A DNA stretch of 64,000 nucleotides from a virus, in IMG/VR virus record IMGVR_UViG_3300032087_004567; one strand, given 5' to 3'. Shown here in pieces: positions 46,608-56,625 of this stretch. Numbering within the stretch: position 1 is the stretch's first letter; each line of letters starts with the position of its first letter. Below the pieces are notes generated by a model. The model had not been told where the DNA came from. It did no database searches and saw only the letters and a list, made by a program, of their open reading frames with translations. Made by a program: the position numbers and the translations under genes.

Positions 46608-47612
46608 ATGTTATACATTGACCATAAGTACGTAAATTTATTATCTAATAGATTACCTAGATTTAAAAAACTAAACGATAAAACTTATACGTTTAGATGT
46701 CCTATCTGTGGTGATTCAAAAAGAAATACCTATAAGACAAGAGGATATATCTTTAGTAAGAAAGATACTATGTTATACTTTTGTCATAACTGTGGTGCTT
46801 CTATGCAGTTTCGTACATTTCTTAAACAACAAGACGTTCAACTATATGATGAATATGTTAGAGAGAAATATACCGAGAGCAACAACTCTCACCAGGCTAA
46901 CACAGTAGATATAACCAAGGTGGTGTGGCCTAAGTATCGCATTGATTCTCCATTAAAAACACTTAAAAAAATAAGCCAACTCAGTCATGAGCATCCGGCT
47001 AAAAACTATGTCATTAATAGAAAAATTCCTAATAATTATCATCATAAACTATTCTATGCTCCTAAATTTAAAAAATGGATAAATTCATATATACCCGGCA
47101 AGCTGAATATTGAAACCGGTGATGAACCAAGACTTATAATTCCTTTTATCGATAAGAAAGGTCAATGCTTTGGTGTTCAGGGTAGATCTTTTTTTAAGAA
47201 AGGAATACGATATGTTACTATCATGTTTGAAGAAGATTATCCAAAAATCTTTGGATTGGATGAAGTTATATGTGATGAGACCTGCTATATTACTGAGGGA
47301 CCTATTGACAGCATGTTTATTGATAACAGCATTGCTATGGCTGGATCTGATCTAACGTTAAGTAAGTTAGATATAGAGTTAAAAGATGTATGTTATATTT
47401 TTGACAACGAACCACGTAATAGTCAAATAATAAAACGTATGGATAAAGTTATTAAAAGAGATTATAATATTGTTATATGGCCAGAATCATTAAAATTTAA
47501 AGATATAAATGATATGATACTGGGTGGTATTGATCCTATGAAGATTATCAAGGACAATACCTTTAAAGGATTAGAGGCATCGATGAAATTAGTACAATGG
47601 AGTAAAGCATGA
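46608..47612 (+). CDS. gp61: DNA primase (T4 gp61-like)
   Basis: RCPICGDS...CHNC zinc finger, EGPIDS, DNEPRN, KDINDM. Confidence 0.96.
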   Translation: MLYIDHKYVNLLSNRLPRFKKLNDKTYTFRCPICGDSKRNTYKTRGYIFSKKDTMLYFCHNCGASMQFRTFLKQQDVQLYDEYVREKYTESNNSHQANTVDITKVVWPKYRIDSPLKTLKKISQLSHEHPAKNYVINRKIPNNYHHKLFYAPKFKKWINSYIPGKLNIETGDEPRLIIPFIDKKGQCFGVQGRSFFKKGIRYVTIMFEEDYPKIFGLDEVICDETCYITEGPIDSMFIDNSIAMAGSDLTLSKLDIELKDVCYIFDNEPRNSQIIKRMDKVIKRDYNIVIWPESLKFKDINDMILGGIDPMKIIKDNTFKGLEASMKLVQWSKA

Positions 47613-48274
47613 AAGTTAGAATGATTAGTTATTCTAAACCTTCTGATGATCTGTATGACGAAGGATTGCAATCTGAATCTGATTTGATTGCCTTTTGTGC
47701 AAGAGTATCTAATCCATCTAATCAAATGAATACTGAAACATCTGATAAATTGTTAAAGTATCTTGTAAAGAATAATCATTGGAGTCCATTTGAAATGGTA
47801 AGTGTATGTTTAGAAATAGAAACTACACGTGATATTGCAAGACAAATACTTAGACATAGATCGTTTTCATTTCAAGAGTTTTCACAGCGTTATGCTAACC
47901 CAGTTGAAGATCTACAATTTGAATCTAGAGAGGCAAGAATTCAAGATCCAAAGAATAGACAAAATTCACATAAAACAGAGAATTTTGCAACTAAACAACT
48001 ATGGGATTTTGCAGTAGATAAATTAACTAAACATGCAAAAGAACAGTATAATAAAGCAATAAAAGCAGGAATTGCTAAAGAACAGGCACGTGCATTATTA
48101 CCAGAAGGATTGATTCAATCGCGATTATATATGAATGGGACCTTGCGGTCTTGGATTCACTATATAAATCTACGATCAGCTAATGGTACGCAGTTGGAGC
48201 ACATGGAAATAGCGCAGGAATGTGGTCGTATCATTGCCAAAGTCTTTCCTTTCATTAGTAATCTTCTAGAATAA
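47609..48274 (+). CDS. thyX: Flavin-dependent thymidylate synthase
   Basis: HWSPFE, RHRSFSFQEFSQRY, EQAR..LP. Confidence 0.96.
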   Translation: MKVRMISYSKPSDDLYDEGLQSESDLIAFCARVSNPSNQMNTETSDKLLKYLVKNNHWSPFEMVSVCLEIETTRDIARQILRHRSFSFQEFSQRYANPVEDLQFESREARIQDPKNRQNSHKTENFATKQLWDFAVDKLTKHAKEQYNKAIKAGIAKEQARALLPEGLIQSRLYMNGTLRSWIHYINLRSANGTQLEHMEIAQECGRIIAKVFPFISNLLE

Positions 48275-48287
48275 AAATTATAATAGG

Positions 48288-50081
48288 ATGTATATGTCTA
48301 ATATTAATATTGATTTAACAAGGGATTCGTTATTTGACGAATTAGGTAAGAAACGTTTAAAAGAAAGTTACATGAGAGATGATGAAGAATCACCACAAGA
48401 ACGACTTGCATTTGTATCTGAAGCATTTGGAACCAATCCAGCGCATGCACAGAGACTTTATGATTATTCTTCAAAGCATTGGCTTAGTTATAGTACTCCA
48501 ATCCTGTCTTATGGGAGAAGTAGTAGAGGCTTGCCTATCAGTTGTTTTCTTCCTTACTTGGATGATTCGGCTGAAGGATTGGTGGATACCTTAAGTGAGG
48601 TAAACTGGCTATCAATGCTAGGTGGAGGAGTAGGTATTGGTGTTGGTATAAGATCGGCAGACGAAAAGTCTGTTGGTGTTATGCCGCATTTAAGAATATA
48701 TGATGCAAGTTCACTTGCCTATAGACAAGGTAAGACTAGAAGAGGTAGTTATGCTGCATACTTAGATATATCACATCCAGATATTATTCAATTTTTAGAG
48801 TTAAGAAAACCAACCGGTGATCAGAATATGAGATGTTTAAATTTACATCATGGTATTAATGTCACCGATGACTTTATGAAGATTATAGAAGAGTGTATGG
48901 TCAATCCTAAGTTTGATGATTCCTGGCATTTACGTGATCCACATAATCCAGAGATAATTAAAGATACTATATCTGCAAGAGAGTTGTGGCAAAGAATATT
49001 AGAAATGAGAATGCATACAGGTGAACCTTATATACATTTTATTGATACAAGTAATAAGAAAATGCCTCAATGGCAAAAAGATAAACACCTTAAAATAAGA
49101 CAATCGAATTTATGTTCTGAAATTATTCTACCAACTGATAAAGAGAGAACAGCAGTATGTTGTTTATCATCAGTTAATTTAGAATATTTTGATGAATGGA
49201 AAAATGATGAAATGTTCTTGAAAGATGTAGCAGAAATGTTAGATAACGTCTTACAACATTTTATTGATAATGCACCATCAGAGGTAAGTAGAGCAGTTTA
49301 TTCTGCAAAGAACGAAAGGTCTATTGGAATAGGTGCATTAGGCTTTCATGCATATTTACAGAACAAACATCTGCCATGGGATTCAGCTATGGCAAAAGCT
49401 TTCAATAATAGTATGTTTAAACATATTAGAGAAAAGCTTAATACAGCAAATAGAGAACTTGGTAAAGAAAGAGGTGAGGCTCCAGATGCAAAAGGGACAG
49501 GTTTACGTTTCTCACATTTAATGGCTGTTGCACCTAATGCTAGTTCTTCTATTATAATGGGCAATACATCACCGTCAGTAGAACCATATAGAGCTAATGC
49601 CTATAGACAAGATACCTTAAGTGGTGCATTTTTAAATAAAAATAAATTTTTAGATAAGCTAATAAAGGAAAAATGTAATGAGGATAAATCGATTGACTAC
49701 GACGAGGTGTGGTCAAGTATTATTGCTAACGACGGAAGCGCCCAACACCTGGAGTGCCTCTCAAGCGGGGATAAAGATGTCTTTAAAACTGCAATGGAGA
49801 TTGACCAGCGATGGGTGGTGGCGCACGCAGCTGACAGACAAAATTTCATTGACCAGGCGCAGTCCATCAATCTCTTCTTTAGGCCCGATTGTGACGTAAA
49901 GTATTTACATGCAGTACATTTTCAGGCATGGAAGCAAGGATTAAAAACTCTATACTATTGTAGATCTGAAAAGATTGGAAAAGCAGATAGAGTTGCAAAG
50001 AAAATAGAAAGAAAAGTTATTGAGGAGATTGATCTTCAACAGCTTGCAACTGAGGATGTATGTTTAGCCTGTGAGGGATAG
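48288..50081 (+). CDS. nrdA: Class I ribonucleotide reductase alpha subunit (short, no ATP cone)
   Basis: ISCF, SNLCSEI, VCCLSS, APNASSS, KTLYY, C-terminal CLACEG. Confidence 0.96.
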   Translation: MYMSNINIDLTRDSLFDELGKKRLKESYMRDDEESPQERLAFVSEAFGTNPAHAQRLYDYSSKHWLSYSTPILSYGRSSRGLPISCFLPYLDDSAEGLVDTLSEVNWLSMLGGGVGIGVGIRSADEKSVGVMPHLRIYDASSLAYRQGKTRRGSYAAYLDISHPDIIQFLELRKPTGDQNMRCLNLHHGINVTDDFMKIIEECMVNPKFDDSWHLRDPHNPEIIKDTISARELWQRILEMRMHTGEPYIHFIDTSNKKMPQWQKDKHLKIRQSNLCSEIILPTDKERTAVCCLSSVNLEYFDEWKNDEMFLKDVAEMLDNVLQHFIDNAPSEVSRAVYSAKNERSIGIGALGFHAYLQNKHLPWDSAMAKAFNNSMFKHIREKLNTANRELGKERGEAPDAKGTGLRFSHLMAVAPNASSSIIMGNTSPSVEPYRANAYRQDTLSGAFLNKNKFLDKLIKEKCNEDKSIDYDEVWSSIIANDGSAQHLECLSSGDKDVFKTAMEIDQRWVVAHAADRQNFIDQAQSINLFFRPDCDVKYLHAVHFQAWKQGLKTLYYCRSEKIGKADRVAKKIERKVIEEIDLQQLATEDVCLACEG

Positions 50082-50123
50082 AGAAACAGCAAGAATTATT
50101 ATTCGTGTGATGAGGGTTTTATT

Positions 50124-50324
50124 TTGGTGTGCAGTTTGGTTTATTGTTTTAACACTATTAGCAAAGGTATTTTTGTGGGTCGCATGGGTAAGGATGACGA
50201 TACTATAACTTCAGTTTTAAAAGTATTAAGAAAAATGTTTGGTAACATAGGTAGCTATTTAATGGTAACCTATCTTATAATATTATTCTGCGCCGTACTT
50301 GCTGCTATAGTTTTAAGTATTTAA
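50124..50324 (+). CDS. Small membrane hypothetical protein
   Basis: C-terminal TM; start uncertain. Confidence 0.4.
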   Translation: MVCSLVYCFNTISKGIFVGRMGKDDDTITSVLKVLRKMFGNIGSYLMVTYLIILFCAVLAAIVLSI

Positions 50325-50333
50325 GGAGAATAA

Positions 50334-50558
50334 ATGAAAGTAGAAATTATTACAGGAGAAGGATGTGGCTATTGTGATATGGCAAAAGAGCTTCTTCAAG
50401 AAAACAAAATTATATATACTGAGCTGGCGGTAATAGATAGCTACGATACAATGAGTAAGTATAATCTAAAAACCGTACCACAAATATTTGTTGATGGTAA
50501 TTTAATTGGAGGATATACAGACTTAAAAGAAAAGATAGGAGATTTAGTTGAAAACTAG
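50334..50558 (+). CDS. nrdC: Glutaredoxin
   Basis: CGYC, TVPQIF, IGGY. Confidence 0.9.
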   Translation: MKVEIITGEGCGYCDMAKELLQENKIIYTELAVIDSYDTMSKYNLKTVPQIFVDGNLIGGYTDLKEKIGDLVEN

Positions 50559-51525
50559 TTTAACAGAAGAAAGAGAAAGTTTCAAACCATTTTATTATCC
50601 ATGGGCATACGATGCATGGTTAAAGAGCGAGCAGTCACATTGGTTACATACAGAAGTACCAATGTTAGAAGATGTTAAAGATTGGAAAAATAAATTAACA
50701 AATGAGCAAAAGTATTTTCTTACAAATATTTTTAGATTCTTTACCCAAGGTGATGTAGATGTTGCCGGTGGTTATGTTAAGAATTATTTACCTCACTTTC
50801 CACAACCTGAAGTAAGAATGATGTTGTCAAGTTTCGCTGCAAGAGAGGCATTACATGTTGCAGCATATAGTCATTTAATTGAAACGTTAGGTATGCCAGA
50901 GTCTACTTATTCTGACTTTTTAGAATACGAACAAATGAAAGATAAACATGAATATTTTCTAGACTTATCTAAGAAGAACGGAACAAAAGAATCTGTTGCA
51001 GTTAACATTGCAGCATTTTCTGCATTCACAGAAGGTATGCAATTGTTTAGTTCATTTATTATGTTATTAAACTTTCCACGCCATGGCTTAATGAAAGGTA
51101 TGGGTCAAATAGTAACATGGTCTATTGTAGATGAAACACAACATGCAGAATCTATGATAAAGTTATTTAGAACATATATAGAAGAAAACAGGGAGCTATG
51201 GAAAGATGACCTTAAGTCAAAAATATACACCATTGCGGAAAAGATGGTTGAGCTTGAAGACAAGTTCATTGATCTTGCGTTTAATATGGGGGATATGCCT
51301 GCTCTTACCGCTGATGATGTTAAGCATTATATTAGGTATATTGCTGACAGGCGTCTTATTTCTCTTGGACTTCGTGGGATCTTTAAAGTTAAAAAGAATC
51401 CGCTACCTTGGGTCGAGGAAATAATAAATGCTCCAACACATACTAACTTTTTTGAAAACCGAGCAACCGATTATGCAAAAGGTGCGCTTAAAGGAACATG
51501 GGAGGAGGTCTGGGCAACGTCATGA
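50548..51525 (+). CDS. nrdB: Class Ia ribonucleotide reductase beta subunit
   Basis: FFTQGD, EALH..AY (radical Tyr), EGMQLF, DETQH, NFFE. Confidence 0.96.
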   Translation: MKTSLTEERESFKPFYYPWAYDAWLKSEQSHWLHTEVPMLEDVKDWKNKLTNEQKYFLTNIFRFFTQGDVDVAGGYVKNYLPHFPQPEVRMMLSSFAAREALHVAAYSHLIETLGMPESTYSDFLEYEQMKDKHEYFLDLSKKNGTKESVAVNIAAFSAFTEGMQLFSSFIMLLNFPRHGLMKGMGQIVTWSIVDETQHAESMIKLFRTYIEENRELWKDDLKSKIYTIAEKMVELEDKFIDLAFNMGDMPALTADDVKHYIRYIADRRLISLGLRGIFKVKKNPLPWVEEIINAPTHTNFFENRATDYAKGALKGTWEEVWATS

Positions 51526-51845
51526 TTACAGTAACAGATGCAGCAAAAAATCAAATTATTAAAGTACTCAGTGAAGAGGCGCAATCTACTCTAAGAATAT
51601 TTGTACAAGGTGGTGGATGTGCAGGATTGAATTATGGATTTACCTATTGTGATGATTTTGAAGAAGGTGAAGACTTTCTAGTTGATATAAATGATGATTA
51701 TAAAATGGCAATAGATGGAGCATCATATCAATATGTAGATGGTGCAACAATAGATTATGAGACCACTATGATGGGCTCTAATTTTACTTTTAAAAACCCG
51801 AACGCAACTGCTACATGTGGTTGTGGTTCATCATTCGCAATATAA
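51498..51845 (+). CDS. erpA: A-type Fe-S cluster carrier (ErpA/IscA/HesB); likely start 51522
   Basis: GGGCAG, IDY, NPNA..TCGCGSSF. Confidence 0.9.
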   Translation: MGGGLGNVMITVTDAAKNQIIKVLSEEAQSTLRIFVQGGGCAGLNYGFTYCDDFEEGEDFLVDINDDYKMAIDGASYQYVDGATIDYETTMMGSNFTFKNPNATATCGCGSSFAI

Positions 51846-52041
51846 GGAGAAAAAATATATGTCTAAAATGGCCGATAAGATCGCTAAAATGAAAATTAAA
51901 ACACAACAAGATGCTGAACAAGTAAGAGAGGCCTTAAGACATAGTCATAAAAAATTAATGGGTACTTATATTGAGGAAAAAGATGATACACAATGGAATT
52001 TAGAATGGAAACTAGCGAGAGAGAAAGGTATGGTTAGATGA
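51817..52041 (+). CDS. Hypothetical protein (likely start 51859)
   Basis: SD aaggag before 51859. Confidence 0.55.
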   Translation: MVVVHHSQYKEKKYMSKMADKIAKMKIKTQQDAEQVREALRHSHKKLMGTYIEEKDDTQWNLEWKLAREKGMVR

Positions 52042-52469
52042 ACTTAAAATATTTTTTATGTGGATTTTTATTAGCTATAACATTATTGGCAAATGCAGAA
52101 CCTAGACCAGTATATGATTGGAAAATAATAAAAGTTATTGACGGTGATACAGTTAAATTTGAAGCTAATTTTTTACCTGATCCATTACGTAAACAACTCA
52201 ATTTAAGAGTGCTTGGAATAGATACACCAGAAAAAGGTAAAAGAGCCGAATGTGATAGTGAAAGAGAGCTAAGTAAAAAAGCATCTCAATTTACTAAAGA
52301 TTTTATTGCAAGTGGTAAACCATATATTCTATTAGAAAATTGGGGTAAGTTTGGTGGTAGAGTTTTAGGCGATGTAATAGTAGATGAGAAAAGATTATCT
52401 TCTGCTTTAATTGAAGCCGGGCTTGCAAGACCATATGATGGCGGTAAGAAAGAATCATGGTGTGAATAA
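52038..52469 (+). CDS. Staphylococcal nuclease-like (thermonuclease) exported protein
   Basis: Signal peptide, VIDGDT, RVLGIDTPE, GRVLG, GLA..Y. Confidence 0.9.
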   Translation: MNLKYFLCGFLLAITLLANAEPRPVYDWKIIKVIDGDTVKFEANFLPDPLRKQLNLRVLGIDTPEKGKRAECDSERELSKKASQFTKDFIASGKPYILLENWGKFGGRVLGDVIVDEKRLSSALIEAGLARPYDGGKKESWCE

Positions 52470-52939
52470 TGCAGTGGAAAACTATACTTCCATTAAAGCA
52501 TAAATTTTTAACAGCTTACTTTAGAACTGCAGATGTATTTGCAAAATTATCTTCTGCCAAAAAACTACAGGTAGGGTGTATAATAGTAAAAGATGATCGT
52601 ATAATTTCTATAGGATATAATGGCACACCTTCTGGTGCAAATAATGTTTGTGAAACTATAACAAGCGTTGAATTAGATGGTGCACCAGTTTATAAAACTA
52701 AACCAGAAGTATTACATGCTGAAACTAATGCGATATCTAAATTAGCTAGATCAAGTGAGAGTGGTTTAGATGCCTATATGATATGTACACATGCACCTTG
52801 TTTAGAATGTGCAAAATTAATTTATCAAACAGGTATTGCATATGTATACTATAGGGAAGAATATAGAAATAAAGACGGAGTTAAGTTATTAGAACAACTC
52901 GGAGTAAAGGTAATAAAATATAATAACAGCTATGGATGA
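52469..52939 (+). CDS. dCMP deaminase
   Basis: GYNGTP, HAE.NA, PCLEC. Confidence 0.92.
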   Translation: MQWKTILPLKHKFLTAYFRTADVFAKLSSAKKLQVGCIIVKDDRIISIGYNGTPSGANNVCETITSVELDGAPVYKTKPEVLHAETNAISKLARSSESGLDAYMICTHAPCLECAKLIYQTGIAYVYYREEYRNKDGVKLLEQLGVKVIKYNNSYG

Positions 52940-53123
52940 ACCAGAAATAACAAATATAAAATGTGACGAGTGTGATGAAGAATTAGAGGTAGTAAGAAAA
53001 TACCCATCTACTGAAGATGTATCTTTCTGTCCATTATGTGGATGTGAGATAGAACATGAAGAGGATAGTTTAGATCCTGAAGATGAAATTTATGATGATG
53101 TAGATGAACATTCTAGGGATTGA
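52932..53123 (+). CDS. Small acidic zinc-ribbon protein
   Basis: CDEC...CPLCG, acidic tail. Confidence 0.65.
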   Translation: MDEPEITNIKCDECDEELEVVRKYPSTEDVSFCPLCGCEIEHEEDSLDPEDEIYDDVDEHSRD

Positions 53124-53655
53124 TCTATCACTAACTTGTCCTTGTGTGTGCTCCTTTAGTGGAGATGAATTTAATCTCTCACAATGTTCGTTCTTTTATC
53201 TAACAGAAAAGAATAAATTAGATATTCGCAGACATCCAATCTACGCAAGGATGGCACCACACTATGAAACTGATATGCAACGATATCATAATATTGCATA
53301 CTGGATAATTAATATTGTAAATCAACATAGTCCCGATCATATTTTTATAGAGGATTATTCTTTTGCATCTACCGGTAGAGTATTTAATATAGCAGAAAAC
53401 TGTGGTATATTAAAATACAATTTATGGCTCAAAAGAATAACTTACACTACAATTCCACCTACTGTTGTAAAAAAAGAGGCAACAGGAAAAGGCAATTCAA
53501 ATAAAGTAGCAATGGAAATTGCATTTAAAGAACAAACTGGATTTGATATAAGAAAGCATTTAGATTTACCAGCATCAGCAACTAATCCAGTATCAGATAT
53601 AGTTGATAGTTATTATATAATCAAAGCAGGTCTAAACTATCGTCTCACAAGTTGA
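53104..53655 (+). CDS. RuvC-like Holliday junction resolvase/nuclease
   Basis: LGIDLS, IEDY, P..VKK.ATGKGN..K, DIVDS. Confidence 0.8.
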   Translation: MNILGIDLSLTCPCVCSFSGDEFNLSQCSFFYLTEKNKLDIRRHPIYARMAPHYETDMQRYHNIAYWIINIVNQHSPDHIFIEDYSFASTGRVFNIAENCGILKYNLWLKRITYTTIPPTVVKKEATGKGNSNKVAMEIAFKEQTGFDIRKHLDLPASATNPVSDIVDSYYIIKAGLNYRLTS

Positions 53656-53680
53656 TTTTATAAACTCAGTATACTATAAT
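53652..53680 (+). promoter_or_regulatory. Phage promoter
   Basis: TTGATT-17-TATAAT. Confidence 0.8.
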
Positions 53681-53726
53681 ATGTTTTGCCTAATGGCATT
53701 TTAATTAATTAATATGAGGATATATT

Positions 53727-53984
53727 ATGTTAAATCAAAAAACTAAACTACGTAGGGCTTTTGAAGCTGGTAAGAAACTATCTGCTAAGCAGATTTCTAA
53801 TTACTTTAATATTGCTTCACCTAGTAAGATTGTTTCAATGCTTAGAATGGAAGATGGTCTTCCTATCTACAGAAACAAACATGTTGATACAAAAGGTAGA
53901 GTTGTATATAAGTATACAATGGGAACTTTTTCTAAGAGAGTTCTTGCAGCCGGTTATCAAGCTCTAGCAAGAGGTTTGGTATAA
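53727..53984 (+). CDS. Winged-helix-like DNA-binding protein
   Basis: LSAKQIS..F.I.SP...VS.LR. Confidence 0.55.
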   Translation: MLNQKTKLRRAFEAGKKLSAKQISNYFNIASPSKIVSMLRMEDGLPIYRNKHVDTKGRVVYKYTMGTFSKRVLAAGYQALARGLV

Positions 53985-53994
53985 GTAGTTCGCT

Positions 53995-54017
53995 AGGGGG
54001 CGCAATGCCCCCTTTTT
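53995..54017 (+). terminator. Intrinsic terminator
   Basis: AGGGGGC/GCCCCCT hairpin plus T tract. Confidence 0.8.
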
Positions 54018-54036
54018 CTTTATTAATGAGGGTATT

Positions 54037-54279
54037 ATGAATAGAACAGAAATAATTGAGCAATTAAAAAACGGACCAATGATAGTAACATTTGAGAAAA
54101 AAGATGGTACTATTAGAAAAATGAAGTGTACTCTAAAGTCTGATTTACTTACTGAATATGAAAAGAAGACTGATAGAGAATCAAAACCTAATTTAGATAT
54201 AGTTCCAGTATATGACTTAGAGAAAGAGTCCTGGAGATCATTTAGAGTAGACAGTGTACAAACAATTACCTCTGTATAA
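54037..54279 (+). CDS. SH3/WYL-like small protein
   Basis: VTFEKKDGTIRKMKCT...WRSFR. Confidence 0.75.
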   Translation: MNRTEIIEQLKNGPMIVTFEKKDGTIRKMKCTLKSDLLTEYEKKTDRESKPNLDIVPVYDLEKESWRSFRVDSVQTITSV

Positions 54280-54679
54280 TAGAGGATTCACAGCAAGCAG
54301 TTTTGATCTCTTACATGCAGGTCATGTAAGAATGTTACAAGAGTGTAAAGAGAACTGTAAGGAATTATATGTTGGATTTAATTGCAACCCTAAGGGCAAA
54401 AATCTCATACAAACCACTACTGAAAGATACATCCAACTATCCGCAGTAAAGTATGTAGACCATATAATTCCTTATTCTATTGAAGAAGATATAATAAAAA
54501 TTTTATCAATATGTGATATAGATGCTAGGTTTGTTGGAAGTGATTATAGAGAGAAAGAATTTACAGGTTTACAATACTGCCTTGATAATAATATCGATAT
54601 ACTGTATAATGATAGAAGTCATGGGTATAGTTCTACAGAATTAAAACAGAGGGTTTATGAGAGCTTTAATAACGGGTAG
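54254..54679 (+). CDS. Cytidylyltransferase-like nucleotidyltransferase (TagD/RfaE domain II family)
   Basis: FDLLHAGH, ER, GSDY, YSSTELK. Confidence 0.85.
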   Translation: MYKQLPLYNRGFTASSFDLLHAGHVRMLQECKENCKELYVGFNCNPKGKNLIQTTTERYIQLSAVKYVDHIIPYSIEEDIIKILSICDIDARFVGSDYREKEFTGLQYCLDNNIDILYNDRSHGYSSTELKQRVYESFNNG

Positions 54680-55622
54680 TGCAGGTTATATTGGATCTGC
54701 TCTTTGTAAGATGCTTTACAAAGATAATAATTTTATTTTAAGTTGTGATATTAGAGACCCTAATCATAACTATTATACATTTCATGATAATAATGCAACA
54801 AATAATATTTTTTATTTTAACGCATTAGCAGAAAAGGTAATTGAATATAACATAGACACAATTTTTCATTTAGGTGCGAGTGCCGATGTTACGGATAGTA
54901 TGACCCGACCCTCAATATACTATTATAATAACATCGGCACCACTTCTATGCTTTTAGATTGTTTAACAGGTAGAGATTGGAAAGGTAGATTTATATTTGC
55001 ATCTACTGCAGCTGTCTATAAAGAATCTGACACACCAGTAAAAGAACACTGGGCAAAGATACCACCTAATCCATATGGTCATAGTAAACTAGTATGTGAA
55101 GATTATTTAAGAAGAGTAAGCTTAGTTCATGATATACCAGTTGCAATGTTTAGATTTTTTAACGTTGCAGGTGCATATGAAGAAATAGGCGATCATCATG
55201 ACTCACCTCATGTACTACAAAAGCTTTGTTATAGTGCAGCTGAAACACAGCCATTTTTTATATTTGGTAATAATCTAAAAACAAAAGATGGTACATGTGT
55301 AAGAGATTATGTTCATGTATTAGATGTATGTAGAGCTTTAGAACATGCTGATAAGTTCTTACAATTTAATAAAGAATGTTACGTATACAATCTAGGTACA
55401 AAAGAAGGTGTTACAGTTAAGGAGTTAGTTGATACTTTTTCAGAAGTAACTAATGTTGATATAAAAACAAAAGATGCAAAAGGTAGACCAGGCGACCCAC
55501 CTTACCTAGTTGCTGATCCAACGTTATATCAAGAACAAACTAAATTTGTGTACCTATATAGTGATATAAAAAATATTGTGACTACAGCATGGAATTATTA
55601 TAGGAGAGATTATGGCATTTGA
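54657..55622 (+). CDS. galE: UDP-glucose 4-epimerase-like SDR
   Basis: TGSAGYIG, YGHSK, RFFNVAG, DGTCVRDYVHV, RPGDP. Confidence 0.85.
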   Translation: MRALITGSAGYIGSALCKMLYKDNNFILSCDIRDPNHNYYTFHDNNATNNIFYFNALAEKVIEYNIDTIFHLGASADVTDSMTRPSIYYYNNIGTTSMLLDCLTGRDWKGRFIFASTAAVYKESDTPVKEHWAKIPPNPYGHSKLVCEDYLRRVSLVHDIPVAMFRFFNVAGAYEEIGDHHDSPHVLQKLCYSAAETQPFFIFGNNLKTKDGTCVRDYVHVLDVCRALEHADKFLQFNKECYVYNLGTKEGVTVKELVDTFSEVTNVDIKTKDAKGRPGDPPYLVADPTLYQEQTKFVYLYSDIKNIVTTAWNYYRRDYGI

Positions 55623-56625
55623 AGAGAATGAGATTAGTAAGAATAGTCAAGGTGGTACTGAATCTGTAAAGAGAGGATTAGCAGAAAGGTTACCAGAAGG
55701 TCTTGCAGATGATTTTCAGATTATATGTTCACGTGTAAGAAAGATAGAAGAAGATAAAATTAGAATTTACTGGTTACATGACCTACCAGAAGATCCAGAA
55801 ACAAATCATTTAAAAGATCAAAATAGTAGAGATAGATTTCATAAGCGAGTTTATTGTAGTAATTGGCAATATCAAAGATATCAATTAGTATGCGGTTTTC
55901 CTTATGATAAAAATGATATAGTAATTGAAACTCCTATCGATCCTATTCCTGAAGAAGAAATAGAAAAAGATAAAGATCAAATAAGATTAATTTATACTTC
56001 AACACCACAACGTGGTTTAAATATCTTAGTACCAGTTGTTGAAGAGTTAGCAAAAGAACATAAAGATATTCATTTAGATGTTTTTTCTAGTTATAAAATT
56101 TATGGTTGGGAAGATAGTGATAAACAATTTGAACCATTATATGATAGAATAAGAAAACATCCTAATATGACATATCATGGTTTTCAACCTAATGACAAAG
56201 TAAAAGATGCATTAAAAAGATCACATATATTTGCCTATCCTAATATATGGTTAGAATGTAATAGTAGAAGTTTAATTGAGGCTATGTCTGCTAAAAATAT
56301 GTGTGTACATCCTAACTTAGGAGGACTAGCAGATACTTCAGGTAGCTTAACTTTTCAGTATCAAGGTGATCATAATAATAATGAACATGCAAGTATATTC
56401 TTTCATGCATTAAAGCAAGCAGTAAATGGTATTAAGAATGAACCAGAAAATACTAATGGTTATCTTTCATTTATTAAAGCTTATGCTGATACAAGATTTA
56501 ATTGGAATAAAATAGTTACACAATGGACTGATCTTTTAGTAGGATTAAAAGCACAATACCCAGATGTTAATTCTAGAAAATTACCTAATGCTAAGGTAGA
56601 AAAATTTACTTATGATACTAACTAA
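55612..56625 (+). CDS. GT-B glycosyltransferase
   Basis: GGTE, WLHD, YTSTPQRGL, E...SLIEAM. Confidence 0.85.
   Translation: MAFEENEISKNSQGGTESVKRGLAERLPEGLADDFQIICSRVRKIEEDKIRIYWLHDLPEDPETNHLKDQNSRDRFHKRVYCSNWQYQRYQLVCGFPYDKNDIVIETPIDPIPEEEIEKDKDQIRLIYTSTPQRGLNILVPVVEELAKEHKDIHLDVFSSYKIYGWEDSDKQFEPLYDRIRKHPNMTYHGFQPNDKVKDALKRSHIFAYPNIWLECNSRSLIEAMSAKNMCVHPNLGGLADTSGSLTFQYQGDHNNNEHASIFFHALKQAVNGIKNEPENTNGYLSFIKAYADTRFNWNKIVTQWTDLLVGLKAQYPDVNSRKLPNAKVEKFTYDTN

Noticed and set aside
6298-51525. Introns or inteins in gp43, gp41, nrdA, nrdB
   Set aside because: All are uninterrupted and of normal or short length
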